Shown here: positions 17,935 to 26,654 of the stretch, one piece after another
Numbering within the stretch: position 1 is the first letter of the stretch
Layout of the letters: every line of letters starts with the position of its first letter
Virus record (IMG/VR): IMGVR_UViG_3300046007_005839
Location: 1 to 58,610 of that record
DNA from: a virus
Taxonomy: Duplodnaviria; Caudoviricetes
Strand: one strand, 5' to 3'
Length of the DNA: 58,610 nt
Program-made: the position numbers and the translations under genes
The notes under the pieces: model-generated
What the model was told of the DNA's origin: nothing
The model's database searches: none
Seen by the model: the letters and a program-made list of their open reading frames with translations, nothing else

Positions 17935-19233
17935 TCAGACGAAGAGCGACGGGGCGATCTGGCGGCGATAGATGATGGGGATGACGTTACGGTTGGTGTT
18001 GCCGATGATGCCGAGCACGGTGTCAGCGATCAGCTGCAAGAACTCACCGTACTTGTTGGTGTCGAGGTTGTTCGAACCGTAGTTGACCAGCACGTTGTCG
18101 GTCAGGCGCACTTCGCCATTCCAAGTGAGCTGGTTAAAGCGCTTGCCGTTGATCGAAGCGCCAGTGAACTCGCTGGGCGGCGGACCCACGTCGATCTGCT
18201 CATAGGCGTTATAGCCAATGAGGAACGCGACGCCGATCGGAGCAGCCGCATAAGCGGGATTGATGACGGTCTGACGCGTGGCATTCGGGGTCGAATAGCC
18301 GCTGTCAGGCAGCAACAGCTCGATCTCGGGCGCAGGCATCGTTCCGTCCTCAGCGAAGCGCAACGGATAGAACTCTTCGCGGAAGATGATGTTCGGCCCA
18401 ATAGCGCCCTGGAAGGAGCTATTCAGGAGGTTCATCGCCAGCGGCTTGGTGTTCAACACGTGAGTGTCGAAAGCGAGACCTTCATAGATCTCAGAGCCAC
18501 CGAGCAAAACGTACTTGCCCTTCGACATTTCATTGTCAGCCGGAGCGCCGCTCTGCATGCCTTCCATCGGCGGGATCATCAGGTAGTTCTTCGCGTAGGA
18601 AGCGACGGCCTGAATCTGTCGATAGGAGAGGAAACCGTTCTCATCGGAACCAATCTTGGCGGCCGCAGCGGCAACCCAAGCAGTGTCCTTGATCGCGCTG
18701 GTGTCGGTCGGCAGAGCAGCCGGGGCGTTCACCAAAGGCAGCTCGCCAGCGGTGGCATTGCCAACGATGTACACGAACGGCGAGTTCTGGAACACGTTGT
18801 CGCGCGTGAAGAAGTCGTAGCCGACAGCGATCTGCTTCGAGAGATCCTCAGCGGCAAACTTCAGCTGCTTCGTGCGGAAATCGCGGAAGCTAGGCAGGAA
18901 GTTGAACTGAGGAGATTCGAAGTTATGGCGCTTGACGCGGCTCTGATTCGTGCGCTCCCAAGTGCTCGCCACGGTCTTGAGCGGCAACTCGGTGATGTTC
19001 TTCGGGCGATGAACCTGATTGACGATCGGAGAGTTCTCCGCGATCACACCCTGCAGGATGTCACCCATGTTCTGTTTCCACTTGATCTTGGGAAACATGT
19101 CCTTCCAGCGCGACCACATCTGCATCTTCTTGGTCTGCTGGATCGCCATCCAGATCGGAAGGCGGTTGTAGTTAGCGATGTCTTGCTGATTCCAAAGGCC
19201 GCTTGAACGCGGCAAGTCCCATGTTGCTGGCAT
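17935..19233 (-). CDS. Major capsid protein (putative)
   Basis: ~432 aa, positioned after portal and scaffold. Strongly biased codon usage, own promoter, operon terminator downstream. Start taken at MPATWDL. Confidence 0.75.
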   Translation of the reverse strand: MPATWDLPRSSGLWNQQDIANYNRLPIWMAIQQTKKMQMWSRWKDMFPKIKWKQNMGDILQGVIAENSPIVNQVHRPKNITELPLKTVASTWERTNQSRVKRHNFESPQFNFLPSFRDFRTKQLKFAAEDLSKQIAVGYDFFTRDNVFQNSPFVYIVGNATAGELPLVNAPAALPTDTSAIKDTAWVAAAAAKIGSDENGFLSYRQIQAVASYAKNYLMIPPMEGMQSGAPADNEMSKGKYVLLGGSEIYEGLAFDTHVLNTKPLAMNLLNSSFQGAIGPNIIFREEFYPLRFAEDGTMPAPEIELLLPDSGYSTPNATRQTVINPAYAAAPIGVAFLIGYNAYEQIDVGPPPSEFTGASINGKRFNQLTWNGEVRLTDNVLVNYGSNNLDTNKYGEFLQLIADTVLGIIGNTNRNVIPIIYRRQIAPSLFV

Positions 19234-19388
19234 TGTTATACTTTCGTTTTTGTTTGATTCATCAGGGCAACAAAAAAGCCCTGACATCTCAAACGGTTAT
19301 TGGTTAGGTCTGTCCTAGCCGTAACCGCGTAGAGAGCAGAGCTTCTAGCGGAATCTCTCTGGGAGATTCGGTCTGACATTCGTTGTTT

Positions 19389-19405
19389 TGCTAACGATAT
19401 GCCAG
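19389..19405 (-). promoter_or_regulatory. sigma-54-type -24/-12 promoter (major capsid)
   Basis: Minus strand AAGT-CTGGCATATCGTTAGCA = GG-N10-GC, intergenic between scaffold and MCP. Confidence 0.8.
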
Positions 19406-19426
19406 ACTTTATTTTATTCAAAAAGA

Positions 19427-20569
19427 CTAATCATCTCCGAACATTCCGCCATCAGACAGCGGGATATCATCGCCGCCTGTGGATTTGCCCATTGGGCCTG
19501 CGCTTGGCGGAGGGATCACGCCGGGCTTTTGTTTCTGCTGGGCGATGTAGGCTTGAAATGCCTTAGCCATACGCAGATTGCCGATCATTGCATAGTGGGC
19601 GATCTTACGCGCGTCGGCCGCAGTCACGCTATCGGGAATGATCTTCTCAAGCAATGGCACATAGGTTTGTTCTTCGGGCGTGAGCTTGTCGGGATCAATG
19701 TCCTTAAAGATCTTCTTGAAGCTGCTATTGATAAACTCACGCTCTTCTGCGATTTTTGATTTATATTTGTCCGGGAATGTCTTGAAGCCATTAAAAGACT
19801 TCTCGTAGTTTGACTGGGCGCGACGATAGGCTTCAGTAAGTTCCAATTCCAGCGCAGGATCATGTTGTCCGCCACGACCGGGCTGAATGGTCTTAAAGAC
19901 AGGATTGCCTTCAGCGTCATAACCCTCAAGAAGCTCAAACGGCTTATTCTGCTTGAGCGCTACGATAGCATTCTTCAACGAGCCAACTTCGAAGCGATCT
20001 GTTTCGAGCTCGGCTTGAATCTGATTGTAACCCGTGTCGAGTTTGTAAGCTTCCGGATGTTGAGTGTAATGCTTGGGAATGTCAGCTTGCTTTTTGAATG
20101 CTTCATACCACTTCGGCAACTGCTCACGGACGGCATTGTAGGTTTGATTGGGAAGCTTCTTTAGGACAGAGACGACTTCATCGGGCAGATTGCTATAGTC
20201 TCGGCCTTGTTGATTTTGCGTCGGAGTAGTTTCAGTCTTTGGCGCCTCTGTCTTAGAAGTCTCTTCAGTCTTCGGCTTTGTCGACTTGATCGCCTCAGTG
20301 ACATCTTTGGGAAGATCAAACGGATCTGCTTCGTCGCTTGAGGTTTCCTCTACAGGAGTTTCAGTCTTCTGCTCAGCGGGTTTAGCCTCCGCTTTAGGCA
20401 GAAGCTTATTGACATCGAATGACGTGGAATCTTCGCCATCAAAGTCAAACGAGATGTTTTCGTTTGGCAAAGACGTTGGCGCCGCTGGAGGCAAGGGCGC
20501 CGAGGAAGGTCCGGTGTTGATGTTGAACGGCGTTGAGGCCGCCGGTGCTGGGGATGCTGCGGAGTCCAT
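19427..20569 (-). CDS. Capsid scaffolding protein (putative)
   Basis: 380 aa with an acidic low-complexity N-terminus and helical body, located between portal and MCP. Confidence 0.65.
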   Translation of the reverse strand: MDSAASPAPAASTPFNINTGPSSAPLPPAAPTSLPNENISFDFDGEDSTSFDVNKLLPKAEAKPAEQKTETPVEETSSDEADPFDLPKDVTEAIKSTKPKTEETSKTEAPKTETTPTQNQQGRDYSNLPDEVVSVLKKLPNQTYNAVREQLPKWYEAFKKQADIPKHYTQHPEAYKLDTGYNQIQAELETDRFEVGSLKNAIVALKQNKPFELLEGYDAEGNPVFKTIQPGRGGQHDPALELELTEAYRRAQSNYEKSFNGFKTFPDKYKSKIAEEREFINSSFKKIFKDIDPDKLTPEEQTYVPLLEKIIPDSVTAADARKIAHYAMIGNLRMAKAFQAYIAQQKQKPGVIPPPSAGPMGKSTGGDDIPLSDGGMFGDD

Positions 20570-20574
20570 AGGAG

Positions 20575-20778
20575 TTATTGCGTGAGTTCTGCGATGTGTT
20601 GTTTAATGTCTTCGAACGTCTTTGCTCGAAGGAGATCTTCTTGTGTGGGCATAGAAGAACAGGCTTTGTGCATTGCTGCTTTAAGCCTTTTGTTTTGTTC
20701 TTCAGAGATCCAAGCGAGGAAATGTAGAGTCTCCGCGCTATTTGCCCACATAATCCAGTTAGCCTTGCTGGGTTGCAT
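20575..20778 (-). CDS. Small hypothetical protein
   Basis: 67-aa ORF between portal and scaffold, a typical position. Confidence 0.65.
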   Translation of the reverse strand: MQPSKANWIMWANSAETLHFLAWISEEQNKRLKAAMHKACSSMPTQEDLLRAKTFEDIKQHIAELTQ

Positions 20779-22558
20779 TAGGTTGCTGAGCTAGTCGCTG
20801 CTCGACGGCTTGTTGAAGTTGCTGGAAGGATTGCGCCTCGGCGGCAAACTCAGGCTTCAACTGACCCGTCGCTTCATCCGTGACAACGGCCTGAAGAGCT
20901 TGACCGAGACCTTGGATAAGCTGTGAGTCGTTGCCTTGGCTGAGAATCTTCGACCACTGATCATACTTCTCGGGATAACGAAGACGCACGTATTCCTTCA
21001 TCATCTCTTGGCCAATGGGCGTACCTTGGAACATCGGCAAATCTTGCTGGATGTTCGTAATGCGCTGCTGCTTTTCTACGAAATCAATGTCGCCCGCGGG
21101 CTTTACTTCGTATTGCTTGCTAAGAATCGCTTCTTTCTCAGCGGGATCAGAAACCTCAATCAAAAACTTGATCGAGCCTTTCTTTGCCTCACTCTGCACA
21201 ATCGGCCACGTCATCGTGAGGACATCGCGTAGGAAGATACTGAACACAAGCGCAGCTGTACCCGTAAGCATGCCTTGCTGCTGCTGGGCAGCCTCGATCT
21301 CGGTCGCAGTCTTACGAGAATCTTTGCGATTATTGACAGCCCACGCGACCTGATTGTTCTCCATCGCGTTCTGCTGCGTAATGGCTTCAATCCCCTTAAA
21401 GATCATCGGGTCGGGCCACGGCGCAGTGAAGGCCTTCATAGGAGTCTTCCAGATCGCGTTGTTCTTGATCTTATACTGCAACTGCGCAGGCGCTACACCA
21501 TCAAGATTAGCGCCATCGGGCGACCACATTGTGTTGGCTGCTTGCGTACAACCATTGACCGCCGCAGTCATCAAGGTCGTGGCGGCTTCTTGCTTATGAT
21601 AATCTTCGACCGCTCGGCCCTCAGCCTCATCGTGTTTGCGATTTTCTTTGATCTCTGAACGCTTGACCGCAATGGGATAATAGGTCAGATGAACGGGCTT
21701 ATTGACATAAGTCGGCTCAGAGGTCATTGCCATCGGGTCAATGTTGATCTCAGGCACAGACTCCTCAATGCCATTGCTAAACGGCAAAGGCTGCTTGAGC
21801 CACTGGCGCGAATCTTTATAATACCAGCCGCGATAGACGAAGCCGTTGACTTTTACAAAGGTCTCATAAATCACCAAGTCGTCGCCTATGACGTTGACTT
21901 CTTCCGAGAGCAAGCGTTTAGCGATAGCTTTGTATGCATCACTGCTCTTGTCAAAGTTTTCAAATGAGTCCCAGTGATAGAAACTCACGGCCGTGATCAC
22001 GTGCTTGATCAAGATCGCAGGGCTATCTTGCAGAGACTTTAGACGACGATCGTATACGATCTCGTTAAACGGAATCGTCTCCATCGAGACGCCGCCGAGC
22101 TTGGTGTTGTCGGCCTTGACCATCATGTAGCCAATGCCATTAAGCTCTGCGCCATCGAGCACTTCAATGTAAGGAATCTCCCAGCCGGGATATTGAAGCA
22201 CGCGTGTGAACTCTTGATCGAGATAAGAGTTGTCGCCGGGGACAAACGTCGCCATCCGTGGGGATTGCTTTAGGTAAGAAAGCAACGGAGGCAACGCTTG
22301 ATTGATGTTTTGGTTGATAAGACGAACACCAATAAAAGTCTGATTCTCCTGAAGAAGACCCGCCGAACGCATCTGTTCAACGTCAGCTTTATTCGAGCGC
22401 AGACGCCGATTGGTGACCGTGGTCGCCTCTACAGCACCGTGCGACGAAATATATTGGCTAAACAACCCATTGGCGGTATTGAGGTCCAATAGGTTCTTTT
22501 GCCCAGCTTGCGCTAAGATAGCGGATGTTTCTGGATTGGTTGCGGATTCTTCGTTCAT
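20759..22558 (-). CDS. Portal protein
   Basis: ~600 aa, helical, containing the KTATEI motif. Follows the terminase. Start at 22558 or 22579. Confidence 0.8.
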   Translation of the reverse strand: MNEESATNPETSAILAQAGQKNLLDLNTANGLFSQYISSHGAVEATTVTNRRLRSNKADVEQMRSAGLLQENQTFIGVRLINQNINQALPPLLSYLKQSPRMATFVPGDNSYLDQEFTRVLQYPGWEIPYIEVLDGAELNGIGYMMVKADNTKLGGVSMETIPFNEIVYDRRLKSLQDSPAILIKHVITAVSFYHWDSFENFDKSSDAYKAIAKRLLSEEVNVIGDDLVIYETFVKVNGFVYRGWYYKDSRQWLKQPLPFSNGIEESVPEINIDPMAMTSEPTYVNKPVHLTYYPIAVKRSEIKENRKHDEAEGRAVEDYHKQEAATTLMTAAVNGCTQAANTMWSPDGANLDGVAPAQLQYKIKNNAIWKTPMKAFTAPWPDPMIFKGIEAITQQNAMENNQVAWAVNNRKDSRKTATEIEAAQQQQGMLTGTAALVFSIFLRDVLTMTWPIVQSEAKKGSIKFLIEVSDPAEKEAILSKQYEVKPAGDIDFVEKQQRITNIQQDLPMFQGTPIGQEMMKEYVRLRYPEKYDQWSKILSQGNDSQLIQGLGQALQAVVTDEATGQLKPEFAAEAQSFQQLQQAVEQRLAQQPNATQQG

Positions 22559-22562
22559 AAGA

Positions 22563-22865
22563 TTATTCCTCTTCGTCAAACATGGCGTTTTCCTTCAGAG
22601 GCACGTCGCCTTGAGGAGCCATGGTCTTGCGCTTAGACAAAGCTTTCGGAACGGTAGCGTTGCTGTCGCCGCCCTTGGCTTCGTTGTTCGGGCCTTTGCC
22701 ATTGGTGTATTCGTCGCTGTCGGAATCGTTAGGCTCTTCTTGATCGTCGCCGATTTCGATCTCGACTTTCGGGCCACCTTTGGCCATCTTCTTCTGCGCG
22801 TAAGCCAACTCTTCCGGGCTAAGTGACGAGAAAAACTCGTCGATGTAATCCATTGATCCGTCCAT
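22563..22865 (-). CDS. Acidic hypothetical protein
   Basis: 100-aa ORF filling the terL-portal gap. Confidence 0.65.
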   Translation of the reverse strand: MDGSMDYIDEFFSSLSPEELAYAQKKMAKGGPKVEIEIGDDQEEPNDSDSDEYTNGKGPNNEAKGGDSNATVPKALSKRKTMAPQGDVPLKENAMFDEEE

Positions 22866-22867
22866 AA

Positions 22868-24640
22868 TTATTTAGAGGTTACGAATTTGTGATATTGCCC
22901 GCGCAATTGTTCACGCGGCTCAGCCGAATTTAGCGTTTCTTGTGCCGGTCTGTGAGTCATCTGACCCCATAAAAGCGTGAGTTCTGTCTTTTCATCAAAA
23001 GTTAACGCGCCTTTTTTATTCTTTTCAAGCAGCTCAGCAAACCTACTTTCGGGTTCTGTTGAGTGTAAAGTTTCTTCTTTAAAAACAGGCAACGGAACGC
23101 TGTCAAAACACAACGCCAACGCGTCTGCTCGATCGGGCGAAGATAAACCACGAGAGCGCATTTCGGGCTTGGGCTCTAAATACGTGACAATTCCCTTAAC
23201 CGAAAAGCCACGCGTGCAAAGTTGTTGGCGAGTGAGATCGTCGTTGATTGCAGGAAAGGCACGATCTTCAATAGCACGCTTAAGACGATTCCAGTTTTCA
23301 ACGCCTCTGTTCTTGTAGAAATTTGGGTTGGTTGAACGGGCTTCGTTTCGTACTGGCACGACGTCATAACCTGCATTTTGCACACGCTGCACGATGGGTC
23401 GTCCCAGACCGCCATCGTCAATACGTACTTCAGAGGGCGTAATGTTGAATTCCTTAATCCAACTGATGATCTGATTATGGAGAATTGCCTCGTTGCGAAT
23501 CTTTGTTGTTCGAAGGTGGAGTTTTCCATGGACAAAGAAGTACGCCACAGTCTCGTCGCCGCCGAGCGATAAGTCGATGCCCGCTCGATTGGGCAATCCA
23601 AACGTACGAGGTGAATTGTTTGGGTAATTCTCGAAGAGGGTGGATGGAATGAATGCAGCCTCGTCGAGTGAGGTAAACTCAGCCAAGACTTGGCTTCGAT
23701 AAATAAGGGATTGCTCGCCATGTTCGTCTTTAAGATGCTCGATGTGTTTGCCGAGAAGATGAGGACAATCGAATGCTGTGACACGGCGCCAATAGAATTC
23801 GCCTATTATTAAAGGATCTGGAAAGGTATATTTGGCTTTTGTGCAACGCTTGAAGAAATGGCCAGAGTTCTTACCGGGCGAAGAGATTTCAAGCCAGTAG
23901 TTATAACCTGTAAAGCGCGAGAAAGCTTGGAACATTTCGTCCGTGATTGATTTTGCCTCGTTGATGATCACAGCCATCTCGGCGCCGGGCTCGTCAAACG
24001 GGTGACGCCCTTCGGCTTTGCCGGGGTCATCTGTCACGAAGCATTTGATCTCGCTGCCTGTGTCATTACAAGTGATCAAGAACTCAACGATCTCAAAGAC
24101 CTTGCGGCCATACGAGACATTGATCTCTTCGCATATGTTTTTTATGTACTTATACGTCTGATCTTTAAGCTGCTCGTACGAAGATGACGTAATGACGCAT
24201 CGAGAACGGACTTTGGAAAGGCAAAACCAGACAGCGAAGGCGCTAATAACGACCTGATCTTTTCCGCTTCCGTTGGCCGCGACAAGATTGTAGTATAGCG
24301 GCGTCTTGTCGGTTGGTCGAGTTTTAGGCAGATCGAGATCATTGATGTCTGTGTATCCTGCGAGTTGAAATAGGGTTTCTGCTTGCCACTTGTAGAGCTT
24401 TAGGTCGGGCCGATGGGCGAGCAGAAGATCCGCGGGCGTGTCGATTTGATGCGCGATGTAGCGTTTGTTGACTGGAGTTTGCTCGGCTACAACGACAGCC
24501 TCAGGCGCCTTAGCCGGAGTCTCGACGGCTTTCTTTTTGGCGGCTTTTGCGCGCTCTTTTTCAGCAGCTTTTTCTGCCTCCAGCGAACGACGGGCCTGAA
24601 CGAGCTTTAGTGTGTCGGGCGAGATTGGGGCTTTGATCAT
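22868..24640 (-). CDS. terL: Terminase large subunit
   Basis: Walker A AANGSGKD, Walker B-like IINEA, coupling motif ISSP, nuclease motifs GIDLSLGGD and SPDRADAL. Confidence 0.9.
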   Translation of the reverse strand: MIKAPISPDTLKLVQARRSLEAEKAAEKERAKAAKKKAVETPAKAPEAVVVAEQTPVNKRYIAHQIDTPADLLLAHRPDLKLYKWQAETLFQLAGYTDINDLDLPKTRPTDKTPLYYNLVAANGSGKDQVVISAFAVWFCLSKVRSRCVITSSSYEQLKDQTYKYIKNICEEINVSYGRKVFEIVEFLITCNDTGSEIKCFVTDDPGKAEGRHPFDEPGAEMAVIINEAKSITDEMFQAFSRFTGYNYWLEISSPGKNSGHFFKRCTKAKYTFPDPLIIGEFYWRRVTAFDCPHLLGKHIEHLKDEHGEQSLIYRSQVLAEFTSLDEAAFIPSTLFENYPNNSPRTFGLPNRAGIDLSLGGDETVAYFFVHGKLHLRTTKIRNEAILHNQIISWIKEFNITPSEVRIDDGGLGRPIVQRVQNAGYDVVPVRNEARSTNPNFYKNRGVENWNRLKRAIEDRAFPAINDDLTRQQLCTRGFSVKGIVTYLEPKPEMRSRGLSSPDRADALALCFDSVPLPVFKEETLHSTEPESRFAELLEKNKKGALTFDEKTELTLLWGQMTHRPAQETLNSAEPREQLRGQYHKFVTSK

Positions 24641-25182
24641 AACTTAAAGGGCCGGGGTTTTTGCGCCGCAGGCTGTTCGGATGTTGGGGATTGAGTAGGT
24701 TGTTGAGGAGCTTCTACAGTCGCCTCTACGGTTATTGGGGCCTCGATGGTGATCTCTTTAGCGGTGAGACTTTGGCCACCTAATGCGGCCCGGGCGCGCA
24801 TAGAGGCAGACGTATAGGCTTCGTTTATTTTGAGAAGCAATTCGCCCGAGCCTACGTTAAGATCAAGATGCCGCTTATGATATCCGCGCTTGGCGCCGTG
24901 GGCATACTTAGCTGCGTTTAGGCGGGCATAGACGCCGCTTTCTTCATTACGGGCTATGTCCTTGATGATGCCCATCATCTCTTTAGCTTCTTGCTCAGAG
25001 ACATCGTCGGTGATGTCGTCTTCTTTGAGAGCTTCTTTTCTCAAGGCTACACTACCGCCAGTAGCTTCTAGCGCAAGTTTTACGACCATACTATCAACCT
25101 CCAGAGCCGCACTTATTTCTTCACAACTCATCCCGGCCCTTCTTAACCCCAAAATCTGATTTCTTAACATCAAGTTACTCAT
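24637..25182 (-). CDS. terS: Terminase small subunit (putative)
   Basis: N-terminal HTH (LRRAGMSCEEISAALEV) and ARLNAAK motif. Overlaps the terL start by 4 bp. Confidence 0.65.
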   Translation of the reverse strand: MSNLMLRNQILGLRRAGMSCEEISAALEVDSMVVKLALEATGGSVALRKEALKEDDITDDVSEQEAKEMMGIIKDIARNEESGVYARLNAAKYAHGAKRGYHKRHLDLNVGSGELLLKINEAYTSASMRARAALGGQSLTAKEITIEAPITVEATVEAPQQPTQSPTSEQPAAQKPRPFKL

Positions 25183-25195
25183 ATAAAACGGTTAA

Positions 25196-25212
25196 AGCTT
25201 TTAAGATGCCAG
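25196..25212 (-). promoter_or_regulatory. sigma-54-type -24/-12 promoter (late operon/terS)
   Basis: Minus strand AAGT-CTGGCATCTTAAAAGCT = GG-N10-GC. Shares AAGTCTGGCAT with the capsid promoter. Confidence 0.8.
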
Positions 25213-25312
25213 ACTTAAATACACTTTTAAAGGCTAAAATTTTACAAAAATCTGTGTGCATGCATGTTCGGACATTCGCAAAAAAGTTCGGGTCTTTCTT
25301 GTGCGTGTCGGG

Positions 25313-25462
25313 GATACGTAGGAGTGTGATGCATTGAGCTGTGATGGGTAGAACATGGATGCATAGGAGTGTGATGCATTGAAGAGGGATGCATTGGAGT
25401 CTTAGGGATAGAAGTGCAAGGAATTGCGCTGTGATGCATTGCAGAGGGATGCATTGAGGTGC
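25313..25462. repeat. Degenerate 15-bp tandem array (GATGCATWG-type units)
   Basis: GATGCAT at 25328, 25358, 25373, 25388, 25433 and 25448, with degenerate units at the intervening 15-bp positions. Confidence 0.9.
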
Positions 25463-25774
25463 TATGTAAATAGCGTTTGCTTCGTGAAGCCTCGAATACA
25501 CAAAACGGGGTCAGGCGATTTTGGGCTTCTTTCCTTTTCAGCCTCAATAACGTATTTCTGGGGGCGTTGAAGTTGTCATATGTTATTTTAAATATTTTTT
25601 TATAGTGTTAACTCCTTCATATTGTATTAAGTGTATTTTTTTGTTTTTTTTCTCTTAATATGGTATTTGACCTAAAACAAAGATAAGCACAAAATTATAA
25701 AACCCCATTTTGTGTATTTCCTACCCTTTTCCTAACTTTTAACTAAAAAACTACCTAAAGAATTTTCTTGCCTA

Positions 25775-25816
25775 TTTTGAGAATTACAAGCGTTTTTTGA
25801 GATTTACAAGTGTTTT
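25775..25816. repeat. 20-bp direct repeat x2
   Basis: TTTTGAGAATTACAAGCGTT / TTTTGAGATTTACAAGTGTT. Confidence 0.8.
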
Positions 25817-25892
25817 GCTGGCTTGTAGGGCATTAGAAAGTCTTTAGTGTTTTTTAGGTTAGATTAGAGTTTCTTATAGTTTTTCTTTAAGG

Positions 25893-25920
25893 TTGACTCT
25901 TTTGGAGTTTTCTTTAGTAT
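25893..25920 (+). promoter_or_regulatory. Possible sigma-70-type early promoter
   Basis: TTGACT-16 bp-TAGTAT upstream of the first + strand gene. The AT-rich context makes a chance match possible. Confidence 0.3.
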
Positions 25921-25980
25921 TCCCGTTTTTTACTTAAAAACGAGGCTTTTGGCGTACTTAAAAGGCTTGTCAAGTTAAGG

Positions 25981-26012
25981 TTAGGTTACGATTAGGTTAC
26001 GATTAGGTTACA
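25981..26012. repeat. 11-bp tandem repeat x3
   Basis: TTAGGTTACGA TTAGGTTACGA TTAGGTTACA. Confidence 0.85.
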
Positions 26013-26271
26013 TTTTGGGTTTTTGATTGACCGTTTTCGGCCCATAGAGTCTAGTCGTCACCGTCAGTCTTTGTTCTTTTCCGAAAACACGTTAGAGCCT
26101 TGTGGGATTCTTTCCCACCGGACTCGTTTTGTAGTGTTTTTACAGAATCCTTTGTTTTTGAATCTCTTTTGATTCAACGGGACAAGTCATATTTATTTGT
26201 GTGTGTTAGGTTCACTCTTTGATTTATTCAAAGTGTGAAGTTAAAAACTAAAACTAAAACCTAATACTAAA

Positions 26272-26643
26272 ATGCAAAACAAAAACAACACTACCGTCAA
26301 TGTCACCGTCATTCCTTTTGTGCGCGACTTGGTTTCTTTGTGCGCGATTCACCCTGCCGATTTTGTTAGAGAGATTGGCAAGGCTGAGAGCCTCAAGGAT
26401 ACAGCCAAGGCTGTTGGTATCAGCAAAGGCTCTGCGATTGGTCCTATCGTGCGTAATAGCTTCGCCAAGGGAACGCATAAGAGTGTGATTGAAAGCGAAA
26501 CTGCCCGATGGGAAGCCTTGAGCGGAATCGCCAATGCCTTTGGAGTGCGCTTAAATTCCTTGCTGCGGGCCTGCGAAGTTCAGACTGGTAGCAGCATGCA
26601 AGAACGCCTTAACGCTCTTCCTGAGGCTCCGGCAAAGGCTTAA
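26272..26643 (+). CDS. First early gene, hypothetical (possible HTH)
   Basis: 123 aa. SLKDTAKAVGISKGSAI is HTH-like. A-rich leader. Confidence 0.65.
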   Translation: MQNKNNTTVNVTVIPFVRDLVSLCAIHPADFVREIGKAESLKDTAKAVGISKGSAIGPIVRNSFAKGTHKSVIESETARWEALSGIANAFGVRLNSLLRACEVQTGSSMQERLNALPEAPAKA

Positions 26644-26654
26644 ACGGTAACACT

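Noticed and set aside
25313-25462. Possible mini-CRISPR array
   Set aside because: The period is only 15 bp with no unique 25-40-nt spacers. The Cas4-like nuclease is in a recombination module and there are no other cas genes.
25175-25547. ORFs 25175-25501 and 25242-25547 on the minus strand
   Set aside because: Their repetitive sequence (QCIPL/MHHTP) is a by-product of the 15-bp array, and one overlaps the terS promoter.
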